Positions 1 to 13,110 of a DNA stretch of 64,000 nucleotides are shown here, one piece after another. Source of the stretch: Octopus sinensis (Eukaryota); assembly GCF_006345805.1 (NCBI RefSeq), contig NC_043003.1, positions 59,396,001 through 59,460,000 on the forward strand. The letters are read 5' to 3'. Under the pieces are notes generated by a model. That model had not been told where the DNA came from and searched no databases. It saw only the letters and a program-made list of their open reading frames with translations. The position numbers and the translations under genes were made by a program. Position 1 is the first letter of the stretch, and each line of letters opens with the position of its first letter.

Positions 1-25
1 TTGTATTTCATTTCGTTCTGCTTAC

Positions 26-136
26 TAAAACCTAGTTTAATTTTTTGTTTCCACATTCTCCCGGATTCAGTATGTGTAGAATAACAGATAGAACAAAATG
101 CATTGATCAGAATAATTACAGTATTAAACATTGTAA
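26..136 (-). CDS. Candidate internal exon (111 nt, phase 1-1): TMFNTVIILINAFCSICYSTHTESGRMWKQKIKLGF
   Basis: Minus strand: acceptor ttattcttctgcttctgactgtAG, open frame, donor A|GTAAGC; length is a multiple of 3. No homology recognised. Confidence 0.35.
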
Positions 137-1560
137 CTACAGTCAGAAGCAGAAGAATAACAATCTCGTTATGTCTTCTGTACTTTCTCGTGAAGAGTTT
201 CCATTCGTGTTAGATAACATCATCTTTTGGTTTCGCATCCAGCATTCCACAACCTAAAATTCTTCGTTCATATATAACTTATATATAAAGAAAAAAGTAA
301 ATAAATAAATTATGCAAGTAAATATATTACGTTATACATCATGATCAACAGTAAGATACGTCTGAATGTTATTTTAAAAGCAGAGAAAGTTTCGCGTCTT
401 TTCACTTCATGTTTTTCCTATTTTGCTTATTTGTTTCAACTTTTCAGCTTGTAAGCTTTTGTTTTCGATTGCATGAGAAATTCAATTTTGACACGCTAAA
501 CATAGCTTGTGGTTACAGATAATCAAAATATAAATTCATCTGGTTTTGAAGCCAAAAACCTCCATAATATTTAGATTGGTCAGGCTGCAAAAATAAATCG
601 ATGGCGGGTTTTTTGGAAGACAAGAAAACATATTTAACCGTAAGCTATTCACAAACTCCTACTGACATCAATGGCAGACGAGAAATATAATCGTCTCACA
701 TATTCGATATGTGACACTAACTTTAGATGTTATCGTCTTCTGAGAGTGTTAAACCGAACATGATGTATAGAGGTGGCCCAGAGCATTAGAAATATTGAAG
801 GCACTAATTTTAACTCGTGAGCATACTGTCTAATGACATTGTCCGGTATCAGTTTTGCTTATCATTACTGTGTGTGAAATGCAGCACACATAATCAGTTG
901 CAATCTTTGCACAATTACTGTGAATGTAACGTTGAGTGGAGATATTATTTACCTTTCTTTTGCTGATGCAAATTAGACTACCATGCTTATTCCATGTCGT
1001 TCAGTCATACAATGAAAGCCACTTAATAGATTGATAATATGGTATCTTCATTTGTTTTCCAAATTCCTTAATCTACGAATATTTTCCACGGGGCAAATAT
1101 TTACCGTCTTGAAATGATGTGATATTATTTTCTAGCTCAGCTTACATACGATGATGAAAGCAACTTCTCGCGTATTAGTTATTTACAAGCGGCCAGTTAG
1201 CAACCAAATGAAATTGTAGTGCTAGAATGTCGTCTTGTATATTATAACGTAGGTTTTTATTATTATATAAGCCATAAACATACATATACTGCCAAGATAC
1301 AGTTCAATACACTCTCACACACATTCACACGCAGACACATATACTCACACTCATACAGGTCCGAACATTTGTGTAAACGAATGAAAGGGGTCCCACATTA
1401 CTTATGTAATGCATATATTACCTAATATATTTATCTGCAGATTGCTAGCAAATGATTATACCGCGATTACCCTGAATATTACCGACATGTAAACACATGT
1501 ACAATCGCTCAGGTGTCTTCATATGTATACGTATGTATGTAGGTGTGTATGCATATGTGA

Positions 1561-1612
1561 ATATATACGTATATATATATATATATATGTATGTATACAT
1601 AAGTATATATAT

Positions 1613-1644
<32 letters not shown>

Positions 1645-1650
1645 CATATA

Positions 1651-1740
<90 letters not shown>
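1561..1740. repeat. (TA)n microsatellite, interrupted
   Basis: Direct reading. Confidence 0.95.
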
Positions 1741-1741
<1 letters not shown>

Positions 1742-1893
1742 GGAAAACCGCTCGCACACACTATAAAAAAACCTTCTTCCATAGAAGGTTAACGACATCC
1801 TGATAAAAGATGATTTTTATAACTTTTTTTTGCTATCTACATAACGAAAACAACGGCACATTTTCAACTTGAGAAAAGTGTGTACAATTTTGT

Positions 1894-2004
1894 ACGTATG
1901 TATGTATGTATGTATGTATGTATGTATGTATGTATGTATGTATGTATGTATGTATGTATGTATGTATGCATGTATGTATGTATGTATGTATGTATGTATG
2001 TATA
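1894..2004. repeat. (TATG)n microsatellite
   Basis: Direct reading. Confidence 0.95.
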
Positions 2005-2179
2005 TGTGTAAATTTATCGTTATGAGTTAAAATACCATCATTAATACAGTTTTGCGAGGGTAGGTTGTTACCAAATAATCTAACTCCCAGAAAATATGTT
2101 TTATCCTCTCACCTAAGAGGTTATAAGATTTACGAATACGATATAAATTTCTAATAACTTTGTGGATATATCTACATAC

Positions 2180-2284
2180 CTATGCTAATAGTGATGTATT
2201 CACTAAGCAGAATATCAACTTTAGCAACATTGAGGATTAGAGAACTTAGTCTATTCGACATTGTCGTGTTACACAACAGGTTAA
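2180..2284 (-). CDS. Candidate internal exon (105 nt, phase 1-1): NLLCNTTMSNRLSSLILNVAKVDILLSEYITISI
   Basis: Strong acceptor atttcttccattcatctttccctAG, open frame, donor TAG|GTATGT. Confidence 0.4.
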
Positions 2285-2647
2285 CTAGGGAAAGATGAAT
2301 GGAAGAAATATCACTAACAGGACTAACATAGCTTAAAGTCGATGAGTAATTATTCTAATGTATTGTCTGAAAAATTCCCCGATTTTTAATAATTTCCTAT
2401 GCGTTTTGAATTAACACAAAAACTACTTTTTTTCGCATTGTGTTATAATTTTTGTAGTTCTAATATCCATTTAGATTTCTGTTTATTGTTCTTTTGAAAA
2501 AAGTTGAAAGAATTTACGACAATCCAATATTTAATTTGGAGCCCTACTGTTTCTAACATCCAACAGAGATTTTGTGATGTGAATGCATCACACCTGAAAC
2601 CTGGTTTCATGGGATAAAATTTACAACATTCCTCACAGCACTCTTAC

Positions 2648-2656
2648 CAGAAGCAT
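2648..2656 (-). CDS. Candidate 9-nt microexon (ATGCTTCTG)
   Basis: Acceptor tattgtcttcgttatctctccgtacAG and donor CTG|GTAAGA only 9 nt apart. Confidence 0.4.
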
Positions 2657-2882
2657 CTGTACGGAGAGATAACGAAGACAATATTTATACACAAAAATAC
2701 GGTTGATTGCCGTGTTGTAATGTATCACACATTTATGGATCATGGTTTTTCTAAGCTAGGTAACTTGAGGCAATGATTAAGTTAAAAAGGATTTCGGTAA
2801 CTGGGCACTACAGGTACAACATCGACATTCCAGACATTGATGGTTCGGAACCGCGTATAATCCGGAGAGACACTTCAAATAC

Positions 2883-2895
2883 CTACAGCCGCCAT
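2883..2895 (-). CDS. Candidate first coding exon ATG GCG GCT GTA G (MAAV)
   Basis: ATGGCGGC start inside a YY1-type motif in a CpG-retaining patch; donor AG|GTATTT (alternative GCT|GTAGGT). Confidence 0.3.
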
Positions 2896-2898
2896 ATT
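2888..2898. promoter_or_regulatory. YY1-type motif GCCGCCATATT
   Basis: Exact match to the CCGCCATNTT consensus; flanks 2790-3070 keep several CpGs in otherwise CpG-poor DNA. Confidence 0.35.
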
Positions 2899-3520
2899 AG
2901 TTTACTAACTTTGCACAATATAGTATCAACAAGAGTCTATCATTTATATTAATATACAGGTATCTGCATGTGAATTAATTATTTAACTGAAATTAATATA
3001 GTTTAATTTAGAGAATGGTGACAAAGTGACCACGCATCGTTCGGAAAAAATCAGTTCTTCGGAGAGATTTATGAATTAAATCTTCGTGTACATATACTAG
3101 CCTTATGTTAAGAACTAGTTACTTTCTTCCACATGATCAATACGAAGAATTGCAAATCACCTCTACATGATACATAATATCAGAAGCATTAAGATATCTA
3201 TTCTTCCAAAGGAATCCCGTATAATGAAACCGAATTAAAATATAAAGCATTAAAATTAAAATTAAATCAAATGTATATTGATTTATTGAATCACTAAATA
3301 ATTTAAAATCATTATCTAATTTCTTTTGAAAAATACCAATAGATTTGGAAATGTACGGAAAATAAAAGCAATTTAGGAAAGATTAAATTATTAGATTTAT
3401 TTGATGGTTGAACTAATATATTCTTTTCTATGTGATTCGACGATTTTGTATTCAGTTTATTAAAATGTATGAAAGCAACAGTCTTTGCTCCGAGGGTTTT
3501 GTAAACTTCTCATATATGTG

Positions 3521-3690
<170 letters not shown>

Positions 3691-3736
3691 ATTTGTGCGT
3701 ATACTTGATGGATTTTAAACATTCTCATTATATATA

Positions 3737-4165
3737 TCCTTAAAATCCTTAAATCCTTAAAAATGTTTTAGCCCGAAGGCCGCGGCCATGCTGGGGCACC
3801 ACCGCTGAATGAGCTACACTAGTTTGTGAATCCATCTCTGATACGTGGCACTTGATCAACAAGGGAGTTCGATGCTGCTGCCCGCATCCGCGTCTCCTAT
3901 CGTGAGGTAGGTTCATCTGGGACTCCCAACAAGAAGAGATCCAGTTTAGTTTTAAAGAAACCCACATCCACACCATGTAAGTCTCTCAGGCATTTAGGGA
4001 GGATGTTAAAGAGCTGTGGTCCTCTGAAACCCAAGCTGTTGCAGTATCTGGACCTGTATTTTGATGGTGATGTTGGAATCCTTGGCACCACGCAGCGGCG
4101 CCCCGTTTTGCGGTTGGGGTAACTTTGAATGCCAAAGTTTAGGACAAGACCCTCCAGGATTTTCC

Positions 4166-4168
<3 letters not shown>
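3737..4168 (-). mobile_element. 5'-truncated CR1/L2-type LINE 3' end
   Basis: Minus translation IWKILEGLVLNFG...NSLGFRGPQLFNILPKCLRDLHGVDVGFFKTKLDLFL (ORF2 C-terminus); 3' UTR ...gtgccccagcatggccgc shared with the copy at 16800; short tandem tail. Confidence 0.8.
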
Positions 4169-4223
<55 letters not shown>

Positions 4224-4550
4224 ATGTATGTATGTGTGCGTGTGTGTATGCATATACATCTCGAAAAGTAGTACTCTAGCACAAACTGTGCAATATGAAT
4301 ATATCCAAATATTGTCAGGCTGAAAAACTTGAAAATATGTGATACGTTGTTCATCAGGCATCTAAATGATTAACATTAGTTGTTAATAAAATTGGCTTGT
4401 ATCGGATGCGCAACTTCATCGCAGAAATGAAACATATTTTAAGATTTAGAAAAGTTAGTTTGTCCAACGAAATATCTCGTTGTATTTAGGCTATTTTCAT
4501 TCAGAGTTCAGATCCCAACATTAATTGATATATGTGTATAAATGTATATA

Positions 4551-5615
4551 CAGGGTGCGGTGAATAAATTGTCGTCTAAACTACGCAGATATGTTTGCCA
4601 AATTTACGTAAAAATATTTTGAAATACTAAATAGCAAATTTATTCAATAAATCGCAGTTGGCTTCAACCACGGTCTCCAGACGACTTCGGATTCTCCTGG
4701 AAATCTTCTGGACGGTCTCCTTGTTTAAACTGATGAATGCTGCCACAATCCTTGCCTTCAGTTTATCTTTGTTGTTACGAGGAATTTTGCTGGTCTTCGC
4801 TCAACTACACCCACACATAATAAACAAGTGGGGTGCAGTCTGTGGAGTAAGTTAGCCAGATGTTAGGGGTGATGTGATCGCAGAAATTGCCTGACAGCCA
4901 TGACTGGGTTCTCCTGCTTATGTGACGTGGTGCAGAGTCTTGTTGCCAGACACAGTGTCTTGAAGCAGTTACCCGATTGATCCAGGGAAACACTATCTTC
5001 TATAGATACTTAGTGTAGGCCTCGGTGTTGAGTCTGAGGCCGTGTGTGAAGATGAATGGAGGCATAACTTCTCCATCACTAGTGACCACTCCAAACACCA
5101 CGATGTAGATTAGATGTTTGATTTTTATCACTCTCAGTAAATGTTTTGGGGACACAGCAAGCCAACAGTATTTCTATGTATTCCCCATGTGATCCTAGCA
5201 GATATTTTTCTCGTCTGAGAAAAACCAAAGCATGTTCGGTTGCAGGGGATGCTTGAGTTTGTTCAGAAGCTTCGTAGCGCGGCCTTTCCTCATGTATTTG
5301 ATAGCTTAGGATAAAATTGGCCCTTTCCCATCTTATATTCCCATCTTCATACACTACCTGCCTGATAAGAAACCTAGACGCTCACAAATCCCAGGCGTTG
5401 TACCTGATTGACTTGGAAGGGATCGTTATCAATCATGGCCTGGATCTTACCAAAAACTTCAGGAGTTCTTTAGTAATCAGAACGATCTGGGTGAGTTCTC
5501 CGAGTTGCCGTACATTCGTAATCAGCATTAAACTCATCCAACTCTTTCCGGATCTTCTGCTCTGTCCTCTGATCGACACTCAAACAATCCGAAATGTTCG
5601 TACTGGAGTACGTAA
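4551..5615 (-). mobile_element. Decayed Tc1/mariner transposon, maT (DD37D) type
   Basis: TA then CAGGGTG terminus at 4551; minus translation WQQDSAPRHISRRTQSWLS...DCTPLVYYVW gives 37 residues between the second Asp and the mutated (Val) third position; stops and frameshifts; other TIR missing. Confidence 0.85.
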
Positions 5616-5923
5616 ACAAGAAGAAAAAGTGGAAAACAGGTCCAGCAAACACAGAGAAAGGACCCTTCAACAGTAGCCAGCTGTCTATCTACCCCTCATG
5701 TATTTGTATTTATCAATTAAATAATTCACAAGAAATAAATATTGGATTAGATGGTCGCTTGCTTAGTTGATAAAAAGTATATTTTCTCTTTTACAAATAT
5801 TTGTTCAGGGAAAGGGTTGTACAAGAACATAATGCGTATGTGAATTATTCTTTTTTCGTGTAGGTTATTGATTCCTTGCTCTTATTCGAATGCCGTTCGT
5901 TTGATTGTGGTATTGTGCTGTAG

Positions 5924-6070
5924 GACCAATTCCACCAAATACTGCGTTGGAAAAGTATTCTTATTCGGATTTCAATGTACAGGACAAGGTTTTGAAACAG
6001 GAGTATATTATAGTTCTAACGTTGATTGTCTTTACTGTTGAATATCTCGCGTTTTGCGTTCATGAAATCA
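5924..6070 (+). CDS. Candidate internal exon (147 nt, phase 1-1): PIPPNTALEKYSYSDFNVQDKVLKQEYIIVLTLIVFTVEYLAFCVHEI, with one hydrophobic segment
   Basis: Acceptor tattgtgctgtAG, open frame, canonical donor A|GTAAGC; outside recognised repeats. Confidence 0.4.
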
Positions 6071-7853
6071 GTAAGCAATCAGTAATTTCTCAATGAACGG
6101 GAAGAAGAGCGTTGGGAGAATAACTGACACTTAGATCTCATCTAAGCTGATTGTTTTTGAATAATTTAAAATTTCTCCTGAACAAGGTAGGAGCCCAATC
6201 AACTTAGATCGAATGTATGTATCCAAGAATAAAACACATGACAACTATCGAGATATACTTGGAAGCGAAGTGTAAACGTGTATATTAAAAAAATGCTTCC
6301 CACCTAAAAATGAAAATCATAGGTAGGAAAATCAGATTGTAGCGTATTTATTATTAATTTTAAATACTATATTGATACATTCTTGCCACGGAATGAGTTG
6401 TTATCTACTGTTCGGATTAGTATCTCACGAAAACTCACCAGTTTCGTGTCTACAAATGGACAGGAATCTTACTACAGTAATCTTACATATTAATTATAGT
6501 CGCTATTATTATACTAACCAGCCCCTTCCACCAAATGAAATGAACCCCCAGATATTCTACCCTTGCTCATGTTTCTACTGCATCTAGCCAAGAAAGAAAA
6601 ATAATTGTTAAGGAACTCTACCATTGTTTTGTTGATTTTTGTTGTATGCTTGGTTTCAAGTGGCTTTCCCTCAAGAACCTGATAATCGAAAGCTTCTCTC
6701 CCGAAAGGCTACGATAAAATTACTTATAGAATATTTTAAAAAGTAGCGAAGAAAGCGTTGTGCATTCATTACAATATGATACAAATATAATTTACCAGAA
6801 AATAATTATTGGTATAAAAATGTCCTTAATTGCCCCCCCCCCCAAAAAAATACCCAACGCAAAATGATTGGAAATAAAATAGTATATTAATTAATATTAT
6901 TATCGAAAAGTGCAGCACTTCAATCCTTAAATATATGCGCTTTATCTTCTAATTCTTGTTCACCGTTTATAACGAGAGGATGATAAATCTGCATATATTT
7001 ATTTAGGTTTTTATTTTAGTATTTCACATAATGCGAAATATGTATCACTGAAATAACTGAATATGTTGTTGTGTAAGAGCGTAAGACCGATCCTTAGTCA
7101 TGCTGAAGTGCATGAACTTCTTGCCAGTTCTAAATGTCCATAGACATAGAAACGCCTCAGGCAATAAAGGTCATAAGAGCTTATAAGAGAATCTTCAAAG
7201 AGAACAATGAAATCATCAAAAACCACAATATCTCGTACTTCTTGATCCGATAAAGCCATTTGAAACCAAACTATAATCATAATAGGTCTCAGTAAGGTAT
7301 TTACCAAAATTGGTTGGTTTGTTTATCTTTGTAGTTTTTATCTTATTTCTCACCACTTCTGTGTATTGATCATAACGTCATTGCATGTTTGAAATAACTT
7401 AGCTTTGATATGGAAAATATAACAAGACAGGAGTGCATCTTGATATGAATGTTATTTGATATAATACAGTCGTATGCACGTGAAATGTCACAACTGAAAA
7501 AGAGAATATCTCATTGATACCTACTTATATATATCCAAAGTCACAATGGTGTTTATTCATCTGCTGACAAGAAGTTTTTCTGAACCTGATTTATAGATCT
7601 AAGGATGGACAGCATTTTCCACTATACTGTACCGTGATTAAGTATCATAATAGGCTAAACTTGTCATCTCTTCTGCATCTTTCATAATTTCATATAAGGG
7701 TAATAACACTTACCTTCTTAGCTTGTTAAAAGAAATTTCTTTCCATTAACACACTTCATAAAATTGGATTGAAATCCCTAGTTTAATACGATATAATGTA
7801 TAATTTTTCATAGACACACACAGACACATACATATATATTTATATGTGCATAT

Positions 7854-7919
<66 letters not shown>

Positions 7920-8733
7920 AATATATATATACATGTATTTGTATAGATACACATATAGCACACATCACATACACATACATATGCGTATATGTATATATAT
8001 GTATATTACATGCATACACATACAAGCATACTGTGGTGAGCTGAATTGGATATTTTATCAAAATTTATAATCGTAAATGAAAACAGCAATGTAAAAATTC
8101 AATAACGTTAATCAAAATTGTTTTCGAAAGACACAAGGGTGAGAACTTCTAAAATTTAAACTGATGTAAAAGGAAATGAAAATACACATTGAAATATACC
8201 GCGTCAGCCATTTTAGTCCTAGTATTCCGGCATGGTATAAAATCCTTAAAGATTATTTTCTACCTCCAATATTAATTAATGAAGATCCGAAATTTAGAAT
8301 GCCTACAGTTTGTACTATCTATTCGAATATTTTCACTTTATTTTCATACAAAAAGTATATCTTCTAATACTTTTGAGGCCTTCTTAAATGCATTTTCGCT
8401 ATGGTTTTCTGGTGAGACGTAATAAAACTGATATATGTTGTGTTCAATACAAAAAAAAAAAAAAAAGCGTAAAAGACGCATTTTGCCAGCATAGACACGC
8501 ACATTTTCTTGCATTATAATTTCGCAAGTTCTCTTCCTTGCAAATATCGAAAACAATTTTCGTTAGAGCCAATGACATTTCTTCGCACGACAGATTTGAT
8601 TTCAATTGTTATCTTTGGTTTACTACCTTATTTTCTCTTAGCTTAGTCAGGAGAGTAAACTCTCTTATCTGAAATTTCATGTATAATAAATTCTGAAGAA
8701 ATGTCCTGATGTATATCTCTTTATATATGTATG

Positions 8734-9500
8734 CCTCTTCTGTTTTTTAATTATTATAAATCTTCCACTGAGGAAGGTGCCGGTTTCCAACAAAGATACA
8801 AGGCTCTATCTTTGGGATGTAGTTAACACAAATTCACACTTGGAGCTTGAGAAAAGTCTTACATATTTTTACTGTTCTACTCACAGTTTGGACTTGTAAT
8901 GTATGAGTCAGCCGGTCAATTTCTCTTTTTGGAAATCCCAGTTTATCCAGATTCTCCTTTAAACATTTACTAACAAAATGTAGTGCTCCAATTATTATTG
9001 GTATGAATATGAATTCATAGTCTGAATATAGAAGCTGGAGCTTTCGAAGTTGTCCATAGATAACACCCTTCTCTTTGATTTTCAAAGAAATATTTATATC
9101 TACAGGGCAGCTAACCTCTATGGTGAGACACACTTTTGCCCCTTGTCCCAAACAACTGTATCCGGCCTGTTATGCTTACATTTGACAGAAGTTTTGATGG
9201 GAATATTCCACCAGTATTCCTTGAGTTGATGTTTATGAATGTATTTCATAACAGAGGGGTTTTTTACATTTATTTCAAGACAGTCGTTTTTTGCGGATGG
9301 CATTCTAAATTGTTTTAGCAACAGCATCGTGCCGCGTTGGGAGATAGTACCGTGACGACATTTAAGGATAGCTGTTAATTCCATGCATAGTATCTTCCAC
9401 AGAAACATGACATAGCCTACACATGCGGTTGCGCTTTGAGATTACAAGACCGTCACTGTCTCTCTTGTTCAACAGGTTCTTTGTTGCAATCTCCTGTACC
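8734..9500 (-). mobile_element. R4/Dong-type non-LTR retrotransposon 3' remnant (zinc knuckle plus restriction-like endonuclease)
   Basis: QEIATK...CRLCHVSVEDTMH; HNRPDTVVWD...IEVSCPVDIN...IPIIIGAL...TVKICKTFL. Confidence 0.85.
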
Positions 9501-9534
9501 TGTATGTATGCATGCATGCGTGTATGTATGTATG

Positions 9535-9568
<34 letters not shown>

Positions 9569-9666
9569 TGTATGTATGTATGTATGTATGTATGTGTGTA
9601 TGTATGTATGTATGCATGTATGTGTGTATGTATGCATGTGTGTATGTATGTATGTATGTATGTATG
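9501..9666. repeat. (TATG)n microsatellite between R4-type remnants
   Basis: Direct reading. Confidence 0.95.
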
Positions 9667-10592
9667 TCATTATTCAGTTATATTTCAAAATTTTATGCCA
9701 ATACAGAAAGAGCTGGTTTCTAACCTAGATCCAAGGCTCCTCCACTGGAATTTCAACAACATCCACAGGGTATTTTTGTATGTATGTATACCCGCAGATT
9801 TGTATGGTTTGCTTTATGTATGTTTTTTCATGCATATAGTTGTATATGTAGACACGCTCATATACACATAAATGATAAACATCTGGAAAGTTTTACAGAA
9901 TTTTACAGTTCCAATGATGGAATGGATCTGTAGTCTTCGAATCAGCCTCCTCTTTTGTTGTTTCTGAAGACTGGTATTTAGGCAGTGTGCTACATATCCT
10001 AGTGCCCCAATAATAACAGGTATAAACACGAACTTGTAATCTGCAGATTTCTCAATAATTCGACATAGGTATTCTACTTTTCACTGATCTTCCACATTTT
10101 GTTAACGTCCGCTGGTTAGCTGATTTCCACAACTGTACACAGTTTCTTTTCTTTATCCCAAATCATTATATTAGGTCTATCGTATTTACATTTTATTGAG
10201 ACCTTCACTGGTACATTCCACCAGTATTCCTATTTATTATGAGTGGCTATGGATTCTACCCTACTGCGGGTTGTTATTTCTTTGTCCTCTGGGTTATCCT
10301 TCCGACGGATTTTATTATATAGTGTCCTCGCTCCAACATCATGTCTCATTGATAATTAATACTGTAATGATATCTGCTTATGATGTGAGTGATGTTTTCA
10401 GTGTTAACTCCGCAAAGTCTGCAAAGGTTGTCACATTTTACTGCTTATCTGCATCGGATATTTGGTTGATATTTCCTGTTCCTGGATTGCAAACGCATAC
10501 CCTTCACAGTGGAAGGTTGTAATCCGGTTGTGGGTTCATGATAGACTGCTCTGATGATCAAAGTTACTATCATCTAAGAGCTTTCTACTAAC
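9667..10592 (-). mobile_element. R4/Dong-type LINE 3' remnant with 3' UTR, flanked on both sides by (TATG)n
   Basis: AIQEQEISTKY, CRLCGVNTENITHII, RPNIMIWDKEKK..VEIS, IPVIIGALGYV, GTVKFCKTF; 3' end ...ctgaataatga then (CATA)n. Confidence 0.85.
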
Positions 10593-10727
10593 ATGTAAGT
10601 ATGTATGTATGTATGTATGTATGTATGCACGTATGTATGTATGTATGTATGTACGTACGTATGTATGTATGTATGTATGTATGTATGTATGTATGTATGT
10701 ATGTATGTATGTATGTATGTATGTATG
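10593..10727. repeat. (TATG)n microsatellite
   Basis: Direct reading. Confidence 0.95.
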
Positions 10728-10799
10728 GGATGGAGACCTAGGTTAATGTTAGTGGTGGTTTAGTACTGGAATCGATGTAATCCACTTGCACGCTCCCTT

Positions 10800-12580
10800 G
10801 AAATTGCTAGTCTTTGTGTAATTAGTTCCCAGAGATTGTTCCTGGGCGCAGTGCATCCTTTCAGATAACTTTTTCTGAGTCATCTCAAAGTGTTCATCTT
10901 GTCTTTTCCTTCCATTTCTCTGAGGTATTGCCCATGTAGTGGTTTCACTTCTTCATCTTGTTTCTTAAATGTTTGTGCGTGCATCGCATTTTCGGTAGCT
11001 CTTACGTTGTTAATTCTAATAGCGGCAAGCAAGGATTTAGTCTGCTGTTTGAGGTACCATCCCAGACTGTTCTTCTCACTGAGAACACAGATCTTGCATC
11101 CAATAAGTCCTCTTCCACTCTTGTTTCTAGGCACGCACAGTCTGTCAGTATTGCTTTTGGGGTGTAGTTCCTTGTTAATTGTCATCACTCTTCTGGTTTT
11201 CCTGTCCACTTCCTCAAGCTCGTTCTTTGTCCACCTAAAAACACATGCGTCGTATCGCGTTAAAGAAACAGCCCATGAGTTCATTACCTTGATTTTGTTG
11301 TTTCCATTGATTCTACTTCCCATATTTTAACTTGGTTCTTCTGAGATATTCTCGCCTAAAGCTTTCCTTCATTTCCCTTTCCTTGATTTTGCCGTATTCT
11401 AAAACCCCTAGATATTTATATTCATTAGTCTCAATATATTCACTTTTCTCGCCTTTGGACAGCTCTACACCATCAGCGGCCACTACTTTTTGTATTATAA
11501 GTATACCACAATTTTTAGTCCCAAATTCCATTCCCATATCGTTACTGAATATCTGCACTGTTGAAACAAGGCCATTTATTTCCTTTTCGGTCTTTCCGAA
11601 GATCTCTGAATCATCCATACATAACAGATGATTTAATTTTCCTCCACTTTTCAAAGTTTACCCCGATATCATTTTCCGTATTATCTTCGTGAGGGGTATC
11701 ATACAAATTACAAACAACAATGGTTGAAAAATACTTCTCTTGATGTTAACCGTCGCCAAACATTTTCCGCATGAAGTTAACTCTGTATTCCATTTTTTCA
11801 TTGACCTAATAAAATTTGATATGTTATCAGACATCTGTACAGCTCAAGACTTTCTAAAATCCTTTATTGGGGGACCATGTCATACGCTTTTTTATAACAG
11901 ATTCACGCCATCCCCAGATTAGCAAGTCTATTTTTTTCAGTCTTTCAGTACCATTCTGTCTAGCATAAGTTGGTTTTGGTACCTCGGCTTCTCCTTCTGC
12001 ACTCTTTCTGTTCAACTGGCAGTTTGTCATTCATTTCCAGGAAGTTATACACATAATTAGATATTATTCCTATTATTAGCTTCCACATCAGGAGCAGACA
12101 GGTGATTATTTTGGCAAACAATTGTTTTACTTGTGGTCAGCCACTTTAGGATTTGTACACCGTTGTTGATCATTTTATCAATTTGCGTGTCTATTCTTCT
12201 GTTTAGTGCTGGGAAATTTTCCAGTCAATGTCTTTGCACCCAATCCGGTGCTGGGCATTCCCAGTTTCGGATCTTTGTTTGCTGTTCTGTTACCTTTTCA
12301 GCGGTTATTCTAGGTTATTGCTCTGTTTCGTTTCATATTTTATCGACCTTAATTCCTTCAATCATTTGTTATGCTTTCTTCCATTATCCCAGATGCCATT
12401 CTAAAGCGTTTTACTTTCTTCAGCGTCTGATCTCTCATTGCTGTTAATCTTTCCATTCAGCTGTTGATAAAATCTTTTCTCGTCCTGTTGGAATAATTTG
12501 TTGATTTTATATTGTTCAATTCTTTGGTCTTATCTGTTGATCTTTGTCGCTTTAGCCTGCAATCTTTGTACTTTAAGGTT
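10800..12580 (-). mobile_element. R4/Dong-type LINE reverse-transcriptase remnant
   Basis: LNHLLCMDD (RT catalytic region), YKYLGVLE, NKIKVMNSWAVS..RY, DRKTRR..LHPKSNTDRL..RGL; 5' junction abuts (TAA)n. Confidence 0.85.
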
Positions 12581-12647
12581 TATTATTATTATTATCATCA
12601 TCATCATATGCTTTACGGCGTATAATAATAATAATAACAACAACAAC

Positions 12648-12693
<46 letters not shown>

Positions 12694-12722
12694 TAATAAT
12701 AATAATAATAATAATATTAACA
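12581..12722. repeat. Compound (TAT)n/(CAT)n/(AAT)n/(AAC)n repeat
   Basis: Direct reading. Confidence 0.9.
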
Positions 12723-12901
12723 ATTATACATACACACACTCACACACACACTCATAAACACACACACCTATAAATACATATATATATATATGTATGCACT
12801 CTCGATTTTAGATCCATTTTCCTGTCCCTATTACCAAACATATCTACATATGTCTATATACTTACGTATCTATCTATCTATCACCGTCTCTGCCCCCTCT
12901 C

Positions 12902-12994
<93 letters not shown>

Positions 12995-13110
12995 ATGTGT
13001 GTGTTTGTGTGTGTATGCTGTGTAATTATAGGGGTAAGAAATTAGAAACATTTATTACCAGTAGTTCACATGCGTAATAAATGTCAGAAGACAACACATT
13101 TTCATATATA

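Noticed and set aside
1445-1798. Long IY/CV/TH/YLS-rich ORFs here and throughout the track (e.g. 20239-20886, 47063-47600, 48966-50279)
   Set aside because: Stop-free only because they are microsatellites
6519-6583. Additional minus-strand exon candidates (also 25057-25103, about 29179-29290, about 60729-60769) and plus-strand ones (about 38773-38830, 54027 onward)
   Set aside because: One splice site is weak or phases do not chain; expected by chance in AT-rich DNA
7098-7307. 69-aa minus ORF with a signal-peptide-like start
   Set aside because: TTG start, no splice signals, no support
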